Below are positions 1 through 9,732 of a DNA stretch of 64,000 nucleotides, one piece after another (position 1 is the first letter of the stretch; the number at the start of each line of letters is the position of its first letter). The position numbers were made by a program, and so were the translations under genes. Where the stretch lies: positions 9,441-73,440 of the forward strand of contig DASUKB010000004.1 of NCBI GenBank assembly GCA_036278915.1, read 5' to 3'. Source of the DNA: Patescibacteria group bacterium (lineage in GTDB: Bacteria > Patescibacteriota > Doudnabacteria > UBA920 > O2-02-FULL-48-8). Under the pieces are notes generated by a model. That model worked only from the letters and a program-made list of their open reading frames with translations. It ran no database searches and was not told the DNA's origin.

Positions 1-139
1 CAAATTCTTCGGTATTCCGAAGTAATTTACTGATAGCTTAAAGATATTAACAGAAATTGTAGAGACTGTCAAACAGTAAAATCGCAAATCCTATGACTTG
101 ACAAATCTGCTACAAATCAGTCTAATATGGGAATAATTT

Positions 140-1807
140 TTACTGAGACAGTTTAGACTCGATGTAAATTTTCCCGTTTAGTTTGGGTGCTTTGTTTACG
201 AAAAAGGGCGAGAACTGCACGTCTACCCGGTCAATTTCGGGTTTCTGCAACAATATATCCTTGACCTCGTTGGCGGTTTTGCCAGCCAGAAGTTTGGGCA
301 TATTTGAAGTATCCACTTTATACGCGGCAACAGTTTCGTAATGCACGGACAAAACGCCGCTGCCGTGGTCCAAATCCAAGGATTTAAAAATTGCGGTAAC
401 CGTTTCCTGTGCGTCTGGCAGGAGGTATTTATCGGACGAAAGCACCTGATTGATGTTTTGCTTAATCAAATTTTTAACATCGCTTTCTTTATAAGATAAA
501 CCAGAGATTTTGGAAATCATAGTCATATCAAAGCTGTCAGCCTGATCGCCCGCGTTTTTGTTGGCAGTCTTGGCCAGAACTTGTTTGGTGATTCCGGTGG
601 GCAGAATTTTTATATCGCCGTCAGATGGATTCTCGGAATTAAGGTCCGCTTCGGCCTGGTCGGGAATCGACGCGGTCATGCTTGCCACGGCATTATCCAA
701 ATCCTGCTGACTCACAATTTTTACAGTTTTGGAGGTACCGCCCGTGATGGCATCCTCATCGATGGCGTAAACATTCTGGTTGCCAAGTGCGGCATTGACC
801 ACGGCAAATTTGGTATTGGCCGCGATATTGTAATCGGCTCCGGCTTGGGATGCGGCCACCTGCACTGGCGGTATCAAACTGGTGCGGTCAACTTCCATAT
901 CATCCCCCGAACCGATCTGCGCCGTAGGGCGCAGGCCAGTGATGTCGTTGACCAAATTAAATTTTTTCCCATTCACAGTCAGCACCGTCGTGGCCGCTCT
1001 CAGAGTCAAGGTATTTTTGGTGAAATTATATAGCACTACCGAACCACCGGCTTTGTCTCCAATATCTTTGCTGCCTGTGGCCGGAAAACTTTTCGTCTGT
1101 GAGACTTGCCTGCTCACAAGTGCTCCTGGAATAACTGCGCCTGTGGTATCCACTGCTGTAGCTGCCGTGTTGACGGTAATTTCCGCGTCGCGGGTGATGG
1201 GTTCGGAACGGGCATAGACTGTAATTTGCGCAGTAGGCAAAAGTACCGCCAAGGCAAAGACCACCAAAACAAGGACGGCCATTGTGATTATAAATATTTT
1301 GGAAAAATTGGATTTTTTGGTTTTGGTCGGCAGCGCCTCTTTGTCTTTTTTGCTTAGAAATCTATCTCGAACGGATTTAATGTAGGACTTCTTGGCGCTT
1401 TTTACCGGTTCGATCTCCGAAGCTTCGGGCACAGTCGCAGGACGTATAGCGCTGGGCATTGATTTAACGCTGGCCTTCCTGGTGATATCGCTAAACCTCG
1501 GCCGAACGTCGCCCAGAACGCGCCCTTTGGCTACGGGCATTTTCTTGGCCGAAGATTCGGGTTTTTCGATCCCTTCCAGCGCTTCAGCTTTCATGGCCAA
1601 TACTCGGCCGGTGGGATCACTGGTGCGGATGCGGATTTTTTTACCCAAAAATTCGCCAGTCTTTTTCATAAGCTTCATATTTGTGGATGATGCCAGAAGC
1701 GGCGAACCTTTTTCTAATTCAAATACAATATCGCGATCCTTGAGGTCGCGGATGTACTGGATGACTTGGGCGATGTCGTCAGTTTTATTTAGTTTAATGA
1801 CGCGCAT
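140..1807 (-). CDS. hypothetical bitopic membrane protein (cytoplasmic N-domain, one TM helix, large extracytoplasmic domain)
   Basis: 555-aa ORF; hydrophobic helix IFIITMAVLVLVVFALAVLL near residue 170; no recognisable catalytic motif. Confidence 0.45.
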   Translation of the reverse strand: MRVIKLNKTDDIAQVIQYIRDLKDRDIVFELEKGSPLLASSTNMKLMKKTGEFLGKKIRIRTSDPTGRVLAMKAEALEGIEKPESSAKKMPVAKGRVLGDVRPRFSDITRKASVKSMPSAIRPATVPEASEIEPVKSAKKSYIKSVRDRFLSKKDKEALPTKTKKSNFSKIFIITMAVLVLVVFALAVLLPTAQITVYARSEPITRDAEITVNTAATAVDTTGAVIPGALVSRQVSQTKSFPATGSKDIGDKAGGSVVLYNFTKNTLTLRAATTVLTVNGKKFNLVNDITGLRPTAQIGSGDDMEVDRTSLIPPVQVAASQAGADYNIAANTKFAVVNAALGNQNVYAIDEDAITGGTSKTVKIVSQQDLDNAVASMTASIPDQAEADLNSENPSDGDIKILPTGITKQVLAKTANKNAGDQADSFDMTMISKISGLSYKESDVKNLIKQNINQVLSSDKYLLPDAQETVTAIFKSLDLDHGSGVLSVHYETVAAYKVDTSNMPKLLAGKTANEVKDILLQKPEIDRVDVQFSPFFVNKAPKLNGKIYIESKLSQ

Positions 1808-1829
1808 GATTTTTGTGCCCTAAACTTGG

Positions 1830-2645
1830 TTACGATGTAATACTAGATAATTCCACGGCGAATTTATGCGGATTGTTTAGAAACTCCAGCCTGCCCGGGT
1901 GGCGGATGCCGGTCTCGTACATTGGCTCGTCCACCAAAAATCCAAGGGACGTATTCATATGGCCTTGCGCAAACCGCATCTCAGGCAAGGATTCGTAGTG
2001 CTTATTTGGAACAATTTCAAACTGCTTGCCATCCGATCCTTCCACGACGTAGTAGCCCATGCCATGCCGGTCAGAAATGGATTTGTAATCCGCAGTATAC
2101 TCCGAAGAAACCCAGTTGGCGGTTACCAGCACATCGGACCCGATGTTTATAATTATATGCGCATAGTTTGGCGGGTACACGACTTTTTCACCACGCGAGG
2201 CTCTGATAGCCATAATCGTGCGGATGTTGCCGCTGTGGCCGTGGTCTAGTTTTTGGATCATAAACAGCGCCTGGCCGTGCAGGACTTCATACACTTCCGG
2301 GAAGTCAATTTCTGTAGCTTCTCCGGGTACTGGAGAATGAAAGTGCCCGACAGTTTTAACAAATTCGCGCCCAATCATACAGGGCGGGATAACCGTAATA
2401 TCGTAGCGGATTTTGTTCTCGCGTATCAGCTCCTCATTTTGCGGCAAATGCACATCGCGGTACATATAATACAGCTCCTCTCGGTCGGGGTTTGGCTTGG
2501 CTTCAGGGTCCATAAGTACCGGCTTCATTTCCTCAAACACGCGCACGGCAGGAACCATGTTTTCCATTGGCGCCTTAAACTTCAGCTTATATGTTTTTTC
2601 ATCCAGTTCCATGGGCAAACCGGAAATTTTCGATAGGTCGATCAT
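1830..2645 (-). CDS. cupin-type (archaeal-type) glucose-6-phosphate isomerase
   Basis: Motifs TVGHFHSP...EVYEVLHG and YPPNYAHIIINIG match the cPGI signatures TxGHxH...EVY and PPxxxHxxxN of Pyrococcus/Thermococcus cupin PGI. Confidence 0.6.
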   Translation of the reverse strand: MIDLSKISGLPMELDEKTYKLKFKAPMENMVPAVRVFEEMKPVLMDPEAKPNPDREELYYMYRDVHLPQNEELIRENKIRYDITVIPPCMIGREFVKTVGHFHSPVPGEATEIDFPEVYEVLHGQALFMIQKLDHGHSGNIRTIMAIRASRGEKVVYPPNYAHIIINIGSDVLVTANWVSSEYTADYKSISDRHGMGYYVVEGSDGKQFEIVPNKHYESLPEMRFAQGHMNTSLGFLVDEPMYETGIRHPGRLEFLNNPHKFAVELSSITS

Positions 2646-2697
2646 ATATTTATAATACTTTCAAAAGATTCTTTTGTCTAATTCAAAAAATAATTTC

Positions 2698-3030
2698 CTA
2701 AAGATACTTTGTAAATTCTTCCTTCAACTTTTTTTCTACGGCATCTTTAAGCTTTAAATCCGAAATATCTTTATGGTGCGGTCCGGGATTGATGACCACT
2801 CTTCCATCTTTAAGCTTGGCGTAAGCGGCTACCAAAATGTCGTCTTCATCTCTTACCATATGGTCATGATACATTGAGCCGTAATACACGCTATAATCCT
2901 TGCTTACGGTTATAGGTATTTGAGAACCATCCAAAACCATACTTTTTATCACGGATTTGCTTAATTCTCCGGTGTTTAAAACAGACAGAGAATTATTGTA
3001 GTCAATTTCTCTTCCTTCAGGATTTTTCAT
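2698..3030 (-). CDS. hypothetical protein (110 aa), overlaps alaS stop by 4 nt
   Basis: ORF only; 4-nt overlap with upstream alaS suggests co-transcription. Confidence 0.4.
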   Translation of the reverse strand: MKNPEGREIDYNNSLSVLNTGELSKSVIKSMVLDGSQIPITVSKDYSVYYGSMYHDHMVRDEDDILVAAYAKLKDGRVVINPGPHHKDISDLKLKDAVEKKLKEEFTKYL

Positions 3031-4772
3031 TCTATAATCGCCTTTATCCGGCGCACGCCAGCGGAGACGGCCTCTTCTTTTTGGATCTTAAACTGGCCAA
3101 TTTGGCCCGTATGCTCCACATGGGGGCCGCCACAGAACTCACGGGAGATAATCTCCCCCAAACTCTTGTCATATATAGTATACACCGAAACTTCGTCCGG
3201 GTACTTTTCCCCGAACACTCCTATGGCCGAAAGATCGCGTGCTTGCGTAAGCGGCATAGTCTCCCTTTTCACGCTCAAATCCCTTTTTATCCATTCGTTG
3301 ACGAACCGTTCGACTTCGGTTTTCTGCTCTTCGGTCAATTTTTGCCCGTGCGTAAAATCAAACCGCGTGCGCTCTTCGGTAATGTTACTGCCTTTTTGCC
3401 AGACACCCGGGCCCAAAACTTTCCGCAGAGCTGCGTTCAGCAGATGCGTGGCTGTGTGCAGGCGCACGACTTTGTCGGAATGGTCTGCAAGGCCGCCTTT
3501 GAACTGCCCGGCAGATGCGGTGCGGGAAAGTTCCTGGTGTTTTTTAAATTCCTGCTCGAATGCCGCAGGGTCCGAGACATTGGCAAACTCGCGCGTGAGT
3601 TCAAACGGAAATCCATAAGTTTGAAAGAGGTCGAAGGCTTGCGCCCCCGAAATGTCCGGATTTTTTTCCAAAATCTTTAGACCACGGCCGAGCGTAGTGC
3701 GGAATTTCAATTCCTCTTTTTTAAGTTCGATTTCTATTCCTGGATTTTTTAGCTCCGGGTAGGCATGCGAATAATTTTCGATTATAACATTGGCAATTTC
3801 CGTGGTGAAGTCATGTTCGATGCCCAACTTTTGTCCATAAGTTACGCTGCGACGGATAAGCCTGCGCGCAATGTAACCGCGATCTTTATTTGAAGGTACC
3901 ACGCCGTCGGCCAGCAAAAAAGTTGCCGCGCGCATATGGTCGGCTATAATGCGCTCGGATTTTTTGTCCGAAGTTTGCTCCAGCGATTTAATCTTATCAA
4001 TAATCGCCGAAAGGATTTCGGTTTCATAAACGCTGTTTTTATTTTCCAAAATCGCGGCCATGCGTTCCAGCCCCATGCCGGTATCTACGTTGCGCTGCGC
4101 AAGCTCTGTAAATTTGCCATCTGCTTGCTTTTCGTATTGCATGAAGACGTTGTTCCAAATCTCCACCCAATTCGGATCATTATGGGTGTCCTGGAAACTT
4201 GCCGGAGCGTCTTCTGTGCCGGTCCAGTAGAACATTTCGGTATCCGGTCCGCAGGGCCCAGTGACACCCGGCGGTCCCCACCAGTTATCTTTTTTAGGCA
4301 AATACGCAATCTGCCCTGGCTCAAACCCGAGTTTGGTCCAAATTTTTGCCGATTCTTCGTCGCGTGGCGCATCCGCATCTCCGGCAAACACGGACACCGC
4401 GAGTTTTGATTTGTCTAAATTCAGCCAGTCGCTGCTTGTTAAAAATTCATACGACCAGATGATGGACTCCTCTTTCCAATAGTCGCCCAGCGACCAGTTG
4501 CCGAGCATCTCAAAAAAAGTCAGATGCGTGTCGTCCCCGATTTCATCCAAATCATCTGTCCGCAGACACTTCTGGACATTGGTCAGGCGGCGGCCTTCCG
4601 GATGCGATTGCCCCAGTAAATATGGCACCAGCGGATGCATGCCAGCCGTAGTAAAGAGGACTGTCGGGTCATTGGCCGGAACAAGCGATGCCGACGGGAT
4701 AATTTTATGGCTTTTTTCCTGGAAAAACTCCAGGTATTTCTTTCTTAAATCATTGGCAGTCATATGCCGCAT
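3027..4772 (-). CDS. alaS: alanine--tRNA ligase, short form lacking the C-terminal C-Ala domain; alternative start at 4763 (MTANDL)
   Basis: N-terminus LRKKYLEFFQEKSHKIIPSASLVP...TAGMHP and editing-domain HxxxH motif (HTATHLLNAALRKVLG); ends after CGGPHVEHTGQIG at 581 aa. Confidence 0.85.
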   Translation of the reverse strand: MRHMTANDLRKKYLEFFQEKSHKIIPSASLVPANDPTVLFTTAGMHPLVPYLLGQSHPEGRRLTNVQKCLRTDDLDEIGDDTHLTFFEMLGNWSLGDYWKEESIIWSYEFLTSSDWLNLDKSKLAVSVFAGDADAPRDEESAKIWTKLGFEPGQIAYLPKKDNWWGPPGVTGPCGPDTEMFYWTGTEDAPASFQDTHNDPNWVEIWNNVFMQYEKQADGKFTELAQRNVDTGMGLERMAAILENKNSVYETEILSAIIDKIKSLEQTSDKKSERIIADHMRAATFLLADGVVPSNKDRGYIARRLIRRSVTYGQKLGIEHDFTTEIANVIIENYSHAYPELKNPGIEIELKKEELKFRTTLGRGLKILEKNPDISGAQAFDLFQTYGFPFELTREFANVSDPAAFEQEFKKHQELSRTASAGQFKGGLADHSDKVVRLHTATHLLNAALRKVLGPGVWQKGSNITEERTRFDFTHGQKLTEEQKTEVERFVNEWIKRDLSVKRETMPLTQARDLSAIGVFGEKYPDEVSVYTIYDKSLGEIISREFCGGPHVEHTGQIGQFKIQKEEAVSAGVRRIKAIIE

Positions 4773-4919
4773 TATAACATTTTAAGCAGTAAAAAAGCGA
4801 GAGCACATTTTTGGGACACTCGGCATTTTCATCAAAAAATGACGCGTGAGCAAAAATCCACTTTGAAGTAATTTAAATTGCGGATTTTTGCGTTCCCAAA
4901 AATGTGCTCGATGCTTTTA

Positions 4920-6176
4920 TTATTTGAACTGGGCCAGAGCGGCATCCATCTGAGGATCACGTCCGGCGTTCACGTCGTCTGCGGTGAGATCAACTTTGAT
5001 GTCAGGGTCCAGGCCGATTTTATCGATGGCGCGGCTTTGAGGAGTCAGCCACTTGGCGACGGTAATTTTAAGCTCAGAGTTGTCCTTGAGCGTGGAAAGT
5101 TCCTGGACTGAACCTTTGCCAAAGGTTTTTTCGCCGATCAAAGTTGCAAGCTTGTAATCCTGCAACGCGCCCGACAAAATTTCCGAAGCCGAAGCCGAAC
5201 CGCCGTTGACCAAAACCACTGTCTGAATCCCTTTGAGCTGGTTGACTCCGGATGCCGGGTATTGTTTGATGTTGCCCGCGTAATCTTTTTCTTGGACTAC
5301 AGTTTGGCCGGAATCAACCCAGTTGGAAGCGATAGACACTGCTGTGTCCAAATATCCGCCTGGATTGTTGCGCAAATCCAAAATTATACCGTTATCGCCG
5401 TCTGCCAGAACTTTTTCCACGGCCGCGTCAAACAAACCTTTAGTGTCGTCGCCAAATTGCGAAACGGTTATAATGGCCAACTTATGGTTGTTAACATCTT
5501 TTTCCGTGACATTTACGCTTTTAACATTGATCTGGGCGCGCGTGATTTTTATGTCCTGCGCGCTTTTTTGCCCGACGTGGAGGATGCTGAGCGTAACTTG
5601 GGTATTGGCAGTGCCGCGAATTTTGCTTACCGCTTCATCCACTGTCATGCCGGAAGTTGATTCGCCGTTGATGGCCAGAATCGCGTCGCCTGCCTGCAGC
5701 CCGGCTTTTTGCGCTGGCGTGTCGTCCAGCGGCGCAATTATTACCAACTGATTATTCTTTTCGCCAACTTCGGCGCCTATGCCCTCGAACGTGCCGGAAA
5801 GCTGATCTGCAAAGTCTTTGGCTTGTTGCGGGTCAAAATATACTGTGTAAGGATCCCCGGCTGCGGAAACCAAGCCGGAAATAGCGCCGTAGAGCAGTTT
5901 TTGCTGGTCCAGTGGCCTATCCACGTACTTGGAATTGAGCTGGTCAAGCGCGTCCCAAAGCAGGCTGTAGTCAGCCGTGCCCGATGGCGGCGGCGTGCCT
6001 TTGCTAATGTGCAGTTGGCCGTTGATTTTGAGTTTCTGCGCGCCAAAGGCGAATCCTGCGTAAAAAATCAGGCCAAGAATAATCAGGCCGGCGGCGATTT
6101 TACGCGCGCTGGCCGGAATTTTATCGGAGAATTTCTTATTCGGAGTATTTGTGTCTGAAACTTCTGGAGTATCCAT
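4920..6176 (-). CDS. ctpA: carboxyl-terminal processing protease (S41 family) with PDZ domain and N-terminal membrane anchor
   Basis: S41 motifs LRNNPGGYL, GGSASASEI (Ser) and TFGKGSVQ (Lys); TM helix near the N-terminus. Confidence 0.8.
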   Translation of the reverse strand: MDTPEVSDTNTPNKKFSDKIPASARKIAAGLIILGLIFYAGFAFGAQKLKINGQLHISKGTPPPSGTADYSLLWDALDQLNSKYVDRPLDQQKLLYGAISGLVSAAGDPYTVYFDPQQAKDFADQLSGTFEGIGAEVGEKNNQLVIIAPLDDTPAQKAGLQAGDAILAINGESTSGMTVDEAVSKIRGTANTQVTLSILHVGQKSAQDIKITRAQINVKSVNVTEKDVNNHKLAIITVSQFGDDTKGLFDAAVEKVLADGDNGIILDLRNNPGGYLDTAVSIASNWVDSGQTVVQEKDYAGNIKQYPASGVNQLKGIQTVVLVNGGSASASEILSGALQDYKLATLIGEKTFGKGSVQELSTLKDNSELKITVAKWLTPQSRAIDKIGLDPDIKVDLTADDVNAGRDPQMDAALAQFK

Positions 6177-6202
6177 GGACTTAATATTAACACAAAATAA
6201 TG

Positions 6203-7057
6203 CTAGTGCACAGATTTGCTCGCGCGGAACCAGTTGGCCACAATCACCAGATATTTGCGCAGTGTAATTCCCAAATACACAAATTGGTTAAACAAAAAAT
6301 TATGTTGGCTCGCGTAGTGCTTGCGATAAAAAATCGACATCGCATCGTGCGCCCACTCCACTGATCGAAATTTTATGCCCTTAGACGAACCGTAAAGGTA
6401 GTGCGTAATTTCGGCTTTGGGAAAATATACGACTTTGTACCCGGCTTCCTTTGCCCGCCAGCAAAAATCCAAATCTTCGCCATACATAAAAAATGATTCA
6501 TCCAGCAAACCGATCTTATCTATAACAGGTTTCCTGACCATGAGAAACGCACCGACTACGGAGTCCACTTCCATCTCCTGATCCACAGAAACATTGCGGT
6601 AGTTGTAATCGGAATATTGGCGAAAACCAAAAAGCCGCAAGAAAGCGTTTGCCGGATTTGGAAAACGCCGGCGGCTTGCCTCGTGCAGGCGGCCATCGGG
6701 CAGAAGCACTTTGCAGCCCAGAATTCCCACATCCAGGTGCTGTTCCAAATATCTTAGGCAGAGATCAAACGTGTCCGGCCGCACAGTGGTGTCGGAATTC
6801 AAAAGCAGGACGTACCTGCCCAAGGCCTGCCGGATGGCGACATTGTTGCCCTTGGAAAATCCCAAATTGGCGCGATTTTCAAGTAATTTAACCTGCGGAA
6901 ATTTTGTCCAAACCATTTCCAAACTGCCATCCGTGGAACCGTTGTCGGAGACTATCGCTTCAAATTGAAAACTACCCGCGGATGCAAAAACTGACCGGAG
7001 ACACTGCTCCAGCAAATCCTTAGTATTGTAATTGACTATGATAACCGATAAATCCAT
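6203..7057 (-). CDS. glycosyltransferase family 2
   Basis: MDLSVIIVNYNTKDLLEQCLRSV... GT-A N-terminal signature, DxD region. Confidence 0.8.
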   Translation of the reverse strand: MDLSVIIVNYNTKDLLEQCLRSVFASAGSFQFEAIVSDNGSTDGSLEMVWTKFPQVKLLENRANLGFSKGNNVAIRQALGRYVLLLNSDTTVRPDTFDLCLRYLEQHLDVGILGCKVLLPDGRLHEASRRRFPNPANAFLRLFGFRQYSDYNYRNVSVDQEMEVDSVVGAFLMVRKPVIDKIGLLDESFFMYGEDLDFCWRAKEAGYKVVYFPKAEITHYLYGSSKGIKFRSVEWAHDAMSIFYRKHYASQHNFLFNQFVYLGITLRKYLVIVANWFRASKSVH

Positions 7058-7111
7058 AGGTCTTGCTTAAAGTATACCAAAATGCTAATATATGCGAGCT
7101 AAAGGAGGAGC

Positions 7112-7303
7112 ATGACTGAAAAAAACGAGATTGCGAAGAATTTCCCAGGGCCGGTGGCAATGCCGACAATGGGGCTCTACAACCCGCACACGGAACCCAT
7201 GCCCCGGCCGCTCCCCTTGCCGCAGGGGCACCGCTACCGACATGTGGCCACGAGCGAACTGGAGATCATGAGCCAGAGATTTCTCCAAAGTGGCAGAATC
7301 TGA
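7112..7303 (+). CDS. small GC-rich ORF (63 aa, Pro-rich) with canonical SD and intrinsic terminator; could instead be a small RNA
   Basis: AAAGGAGGAGC immediately before ATG at 7112; UUCG-tetraloop terminator directly after stop; ~60% GC versus AT-rich flanks. Confidence 0.3.
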   Translation: MTEKNEIAKNFPGPVAMPTMGLYNPHTEPMPRPLPLPQGHRYRHVATSELEIMSQRFLQSGRI

Positions 7304-7318
7304 ACATCTAAGCCGCGC

Positions 7319-7357
7319 CGCCGCGGACTTCCTTCGGGAGGTCTGCGGCGTTTTTTT
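7319..7357 (+). terminator. rho-independent terminator (14-bp stem with two G-U pairs, UUCG loop, T7 tail)
   Basis: cgccgcggacttcc-ttcg-ggaggtctgcggcg followed by ttttttt. Confidence 0.75.
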
Positions 7358-8309
7358 ATTCCGATAATATATATTTACGCTTGCGCATCATTTTGGGCCA
7401 AAACCGCAGTATCTGCGGAATTACTGCCAATGTACTGGTTTCAAAAACCAAAATATATCCAAGCATTGCAATCTCGCGAAATATAAACTGTACGCTCGGC
7501 CATCTGGTATTTTTGAGGTACATAAAAATGTGGTTTTGATAATTCCATTTGAGAATCTGCTTATTGAGTTTCTGGTGATGCTGGATAAATTTAAACAGGT
7601 GCAGATAACCTTTTTCTGCCTGGCCCGCGGTGCGGCCATGATACCCCACGGCACCCGGCACATAAGCGCATTTATATCCGCAATGGTTTAATCGCCAGCT
7701 TAAATCAACATCTTCCCAATACATCACAAAGTCTTCATCCATGTACTCGCACTTATAATTTTCACAATATTTAATTTCCTCCAAGGCAGATCTTCGAAAC
7801 ATTGGCCCGGCACCAGAAACAGCAAAGACTTCAGTCTCGTTATCAAATTGGCCCTGATCTTCCTGCAATTGCCCGCGGTCGCGCGCGCGGCCGGAATTCG
7901 AAATCACAATTCCAGTTGTATCTATAATGTTGGTCTTCTGCATTTTGTCAAAATCATAGCGCAAGAGCTTGCCGGTTGCCGCGGCTACTCTTTTGTCTTC
8001 AAACGCCTTCAACATTTGTTCTATGTAATCCGGCGCAAGGATAAGGTCCTGGTTCACAAGCTGGATAAACTCACCCGTACTTTGCATAATCGCCAAATTG
8101 TTTGACGCCGACCAATTATTTACTGGCGGTTCCAAAATTTTCACCTGCGGATAACTTTGCTCAATCAGTTCTTTGGATCCGTCTGCACTGCCATTTATGA
8201 CTGCGATGATTTCCAAATCTTTGTGCGTCTGCGACAAAATTGCATCAAACACCCGCTTGATGTACTTTTTGGCATTGTAAATTACCAGAATGACGCTGAC
8301 TTTTGGCAT
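7356..8309 (-). CDS. glycosyltransferase family 2
   Basis: MPKVSVILVIYNAKKYIKRVFDAILSQT...IIAVINGSADGS GT-A fold signature. Confidence 0.8.
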   Translation of the reverse strand: MPKVSVILVIYNAKKYIKRVFDAILSQTHKDLEIIAVINGSADGSKELIEQSYPQVKILEPPVNNWSASNNLAIMQSTGEFIQLVNQDLILAPDYIEQMLKAFEDKRVAAATGKLLRYDFDKMQKTNIIDTTGIVISNSGRARDRGQLQEDQGQFDNETEVFAVSGAGPMFRRSALEEIKYCENYKCEYMDEDFVMYWEDVDLSWRLNHCGYKCAYVPGAVGYHGRTAGQAEKGYLHLFKFIQHHQKLNKQILKWNYQNHIFMYLKNTRWPSVQFIFREIAMLGYILVFETSTLAVIPQILRFWPKMMRKRKYILSE

Positions 8310-8455
8310 AACTATAACTTTAATTCTTTTCGCAATCTCTTCGCCTCTTCTTTTCTTCCCGAACCCGCTCGCCTTCTTTAATCAAATCTTCTAAGTTTTC
8401 TGACATAATTTTTATATAAGTAATTACGTAATTACCTCCTTACATTAGTACATAC

Positions 8456-9730
8456 TTATGTACGTTGTTTAGTACTTACATATATATGCGTCAACAGCAA
8501 AAACGCCAGGTCCAAATAAAATTCGGCGCGGACTGTGAAGGACAAATAAATTGTCATGACGATGAAAAAACAAGTATAAGCGTAGAGATTGATGGACAAA
8601 TAATTCGGGCTCGATCGCCAATACCGCCAGGCCAGCGCAATGAGTCCTGCAATGACAAATGGTGCGAAGAAGAAAGCTGCTTCCCCAAAGTCCTGCACAA
8701 ACGGAAACAGATAAGTGCCCGTGTTCCACCACGAGTAGAAAATTGCGCCCAGATCATATTGTGACTTTAACTTATTTAAGATGGGTAGGGCTTTGCCAAA
8801 CAAATTTGTAAACGGGTCCAAGGATACTTTGCCGTGCTGCAGTGGATGGGTCTCGTAGTACATTTGCGCGTGCAAGAGCGCCTGCATATTAAATGACACG
8901 CCTACGTAGATAGGCACCAAATACGATGATCCCTTGGCGTAGTGAGTGGTGTCTATTTGCGTGACCCCAGCAAGGTAATTGCTCGTGCCGTAGCTTTTGT
9001 AATTGCGGACCGCAGGCACAGCGCCCAGCACCACCACGGAAATTATCAAAAAGAACGGATAAAACTTGAATGCCTGACGCCAAGTTGGTTTGCGGATAAC
9101 CAAATACAGCGCCATGACCCAAAGGTCAATGAAAAAGATCTGGGTCCGCGAGGCAAATACAGTCAGCGACACTGTGCCGAGTACGGATAGCAGCAAAAGG
9201 TCCCAATGTTTCTTAAAAGAAAACCCTTCCCAAAACATTACAAAAAATGACAACGGGATAAACAATCTTGCAAACTGGGCAGTGTAATTAATAAGGCCAG
9301 GAACTTCGGTGTCGGCGGCAAACCGAAACGCGTCGGAATCGGGCGCAAGTAGCGGGAAATTACCAGCCTTTTTATAAAACAAATATAAACCGACGAGGGA
9401 AAGGCCAAAAACCAGGTAAATTACGTAGCGCAAACGCCGCACCGAAACTCCCTGACGCACAAGAACGGAAAATTTTACCCACCACGGATACTTTTTCCAA
9501 AGTTTATTAAACAGAAAAAAACCTAAAGCAAAACTTATGAGCGAAATCAGAATTAGAAGACGAAACTTAAGAGGCAGTGCAATTTCCAGAGGCGATAAAT
9601 GCAGACGCGGGATGCCAATCCCAAGGCTCCACGCAGAAAGCATAAGCCAAAGCGGGTTGTGTGTGCGGCTGCGGGCAAAAAGATAAAAAAAGTAAACCGC
9701 AAGTATGAGGAATGCAAAAAATAACAGCAT
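8456..9730 (-). CDS. polytopic membrane protein, Wzy-like oligosaccharide repeat-unit polymerase candidate
   Basis: ~10 predicted TM helices; position between GTs and flippase in a Wzx/Wzy-type cluster. Confidence 0.5.
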   Translation of the reverse strand: MLLFFAFLILAVYFFYLFARSRTHNPLWLMLSAWSLGIGIPRLHLSPLEIALPLKFRLLILISLISFALGFFLFNKLWKKYPWWVKFSVLVRQGVSVRRLRYVIYLVFGLSLVGLYLFYKKAGNFPLLAPDSDAFRFAADTEVPGLINYTAQFARLFIPLSFFVMFWEGFSFKKHWDLLLLSVLGTVSLTVFASRTQIFFIDLWVMALYLVIRKPTWRQAFKFYPFFLIISVVVLGAVPAVRNYKSYGTSNYLAGVTQIDTTHYAKGSSYLVPIYVGVSFNMQALLHAQMYYETHPLQHGKVSLDPFTNLFGKALPILNKLKSQYDLGAIFYSWWNTGTYLFPFVQDFGEAAFFFAPFVIAGLIALAWRYWRSSPNYLSINLYAYTCFFIVMTIYLSFTVRAEFYLDLAFLLLTHIYVSTKQRT

Positions 9731-9732
9731 AA

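Noticed and set aside
7-22. Palindrome cttcggtattccgaag at the window start as terminator of the 140..1807 gene
   Set aside because: Short 6-bp stem with a poor U-tract on the relevant strand; too weak to call.
581-1357. Nested plus-strand ORFs (581..1033, 882..1217, 1106..1357) and similar internal ORFs throughout
   Set aside because: Entirely contained within longer ORFs on the opposite strand, with low-complexity translations. Treated as frame artefacts.
7085-7288. 67-aa minus-strand ORF overlapping the small plus-strand ORF
   Set aside because: No SD or terminator on that strand. The plus strand has both, so the minus ORF is kept only as an uncertainty.
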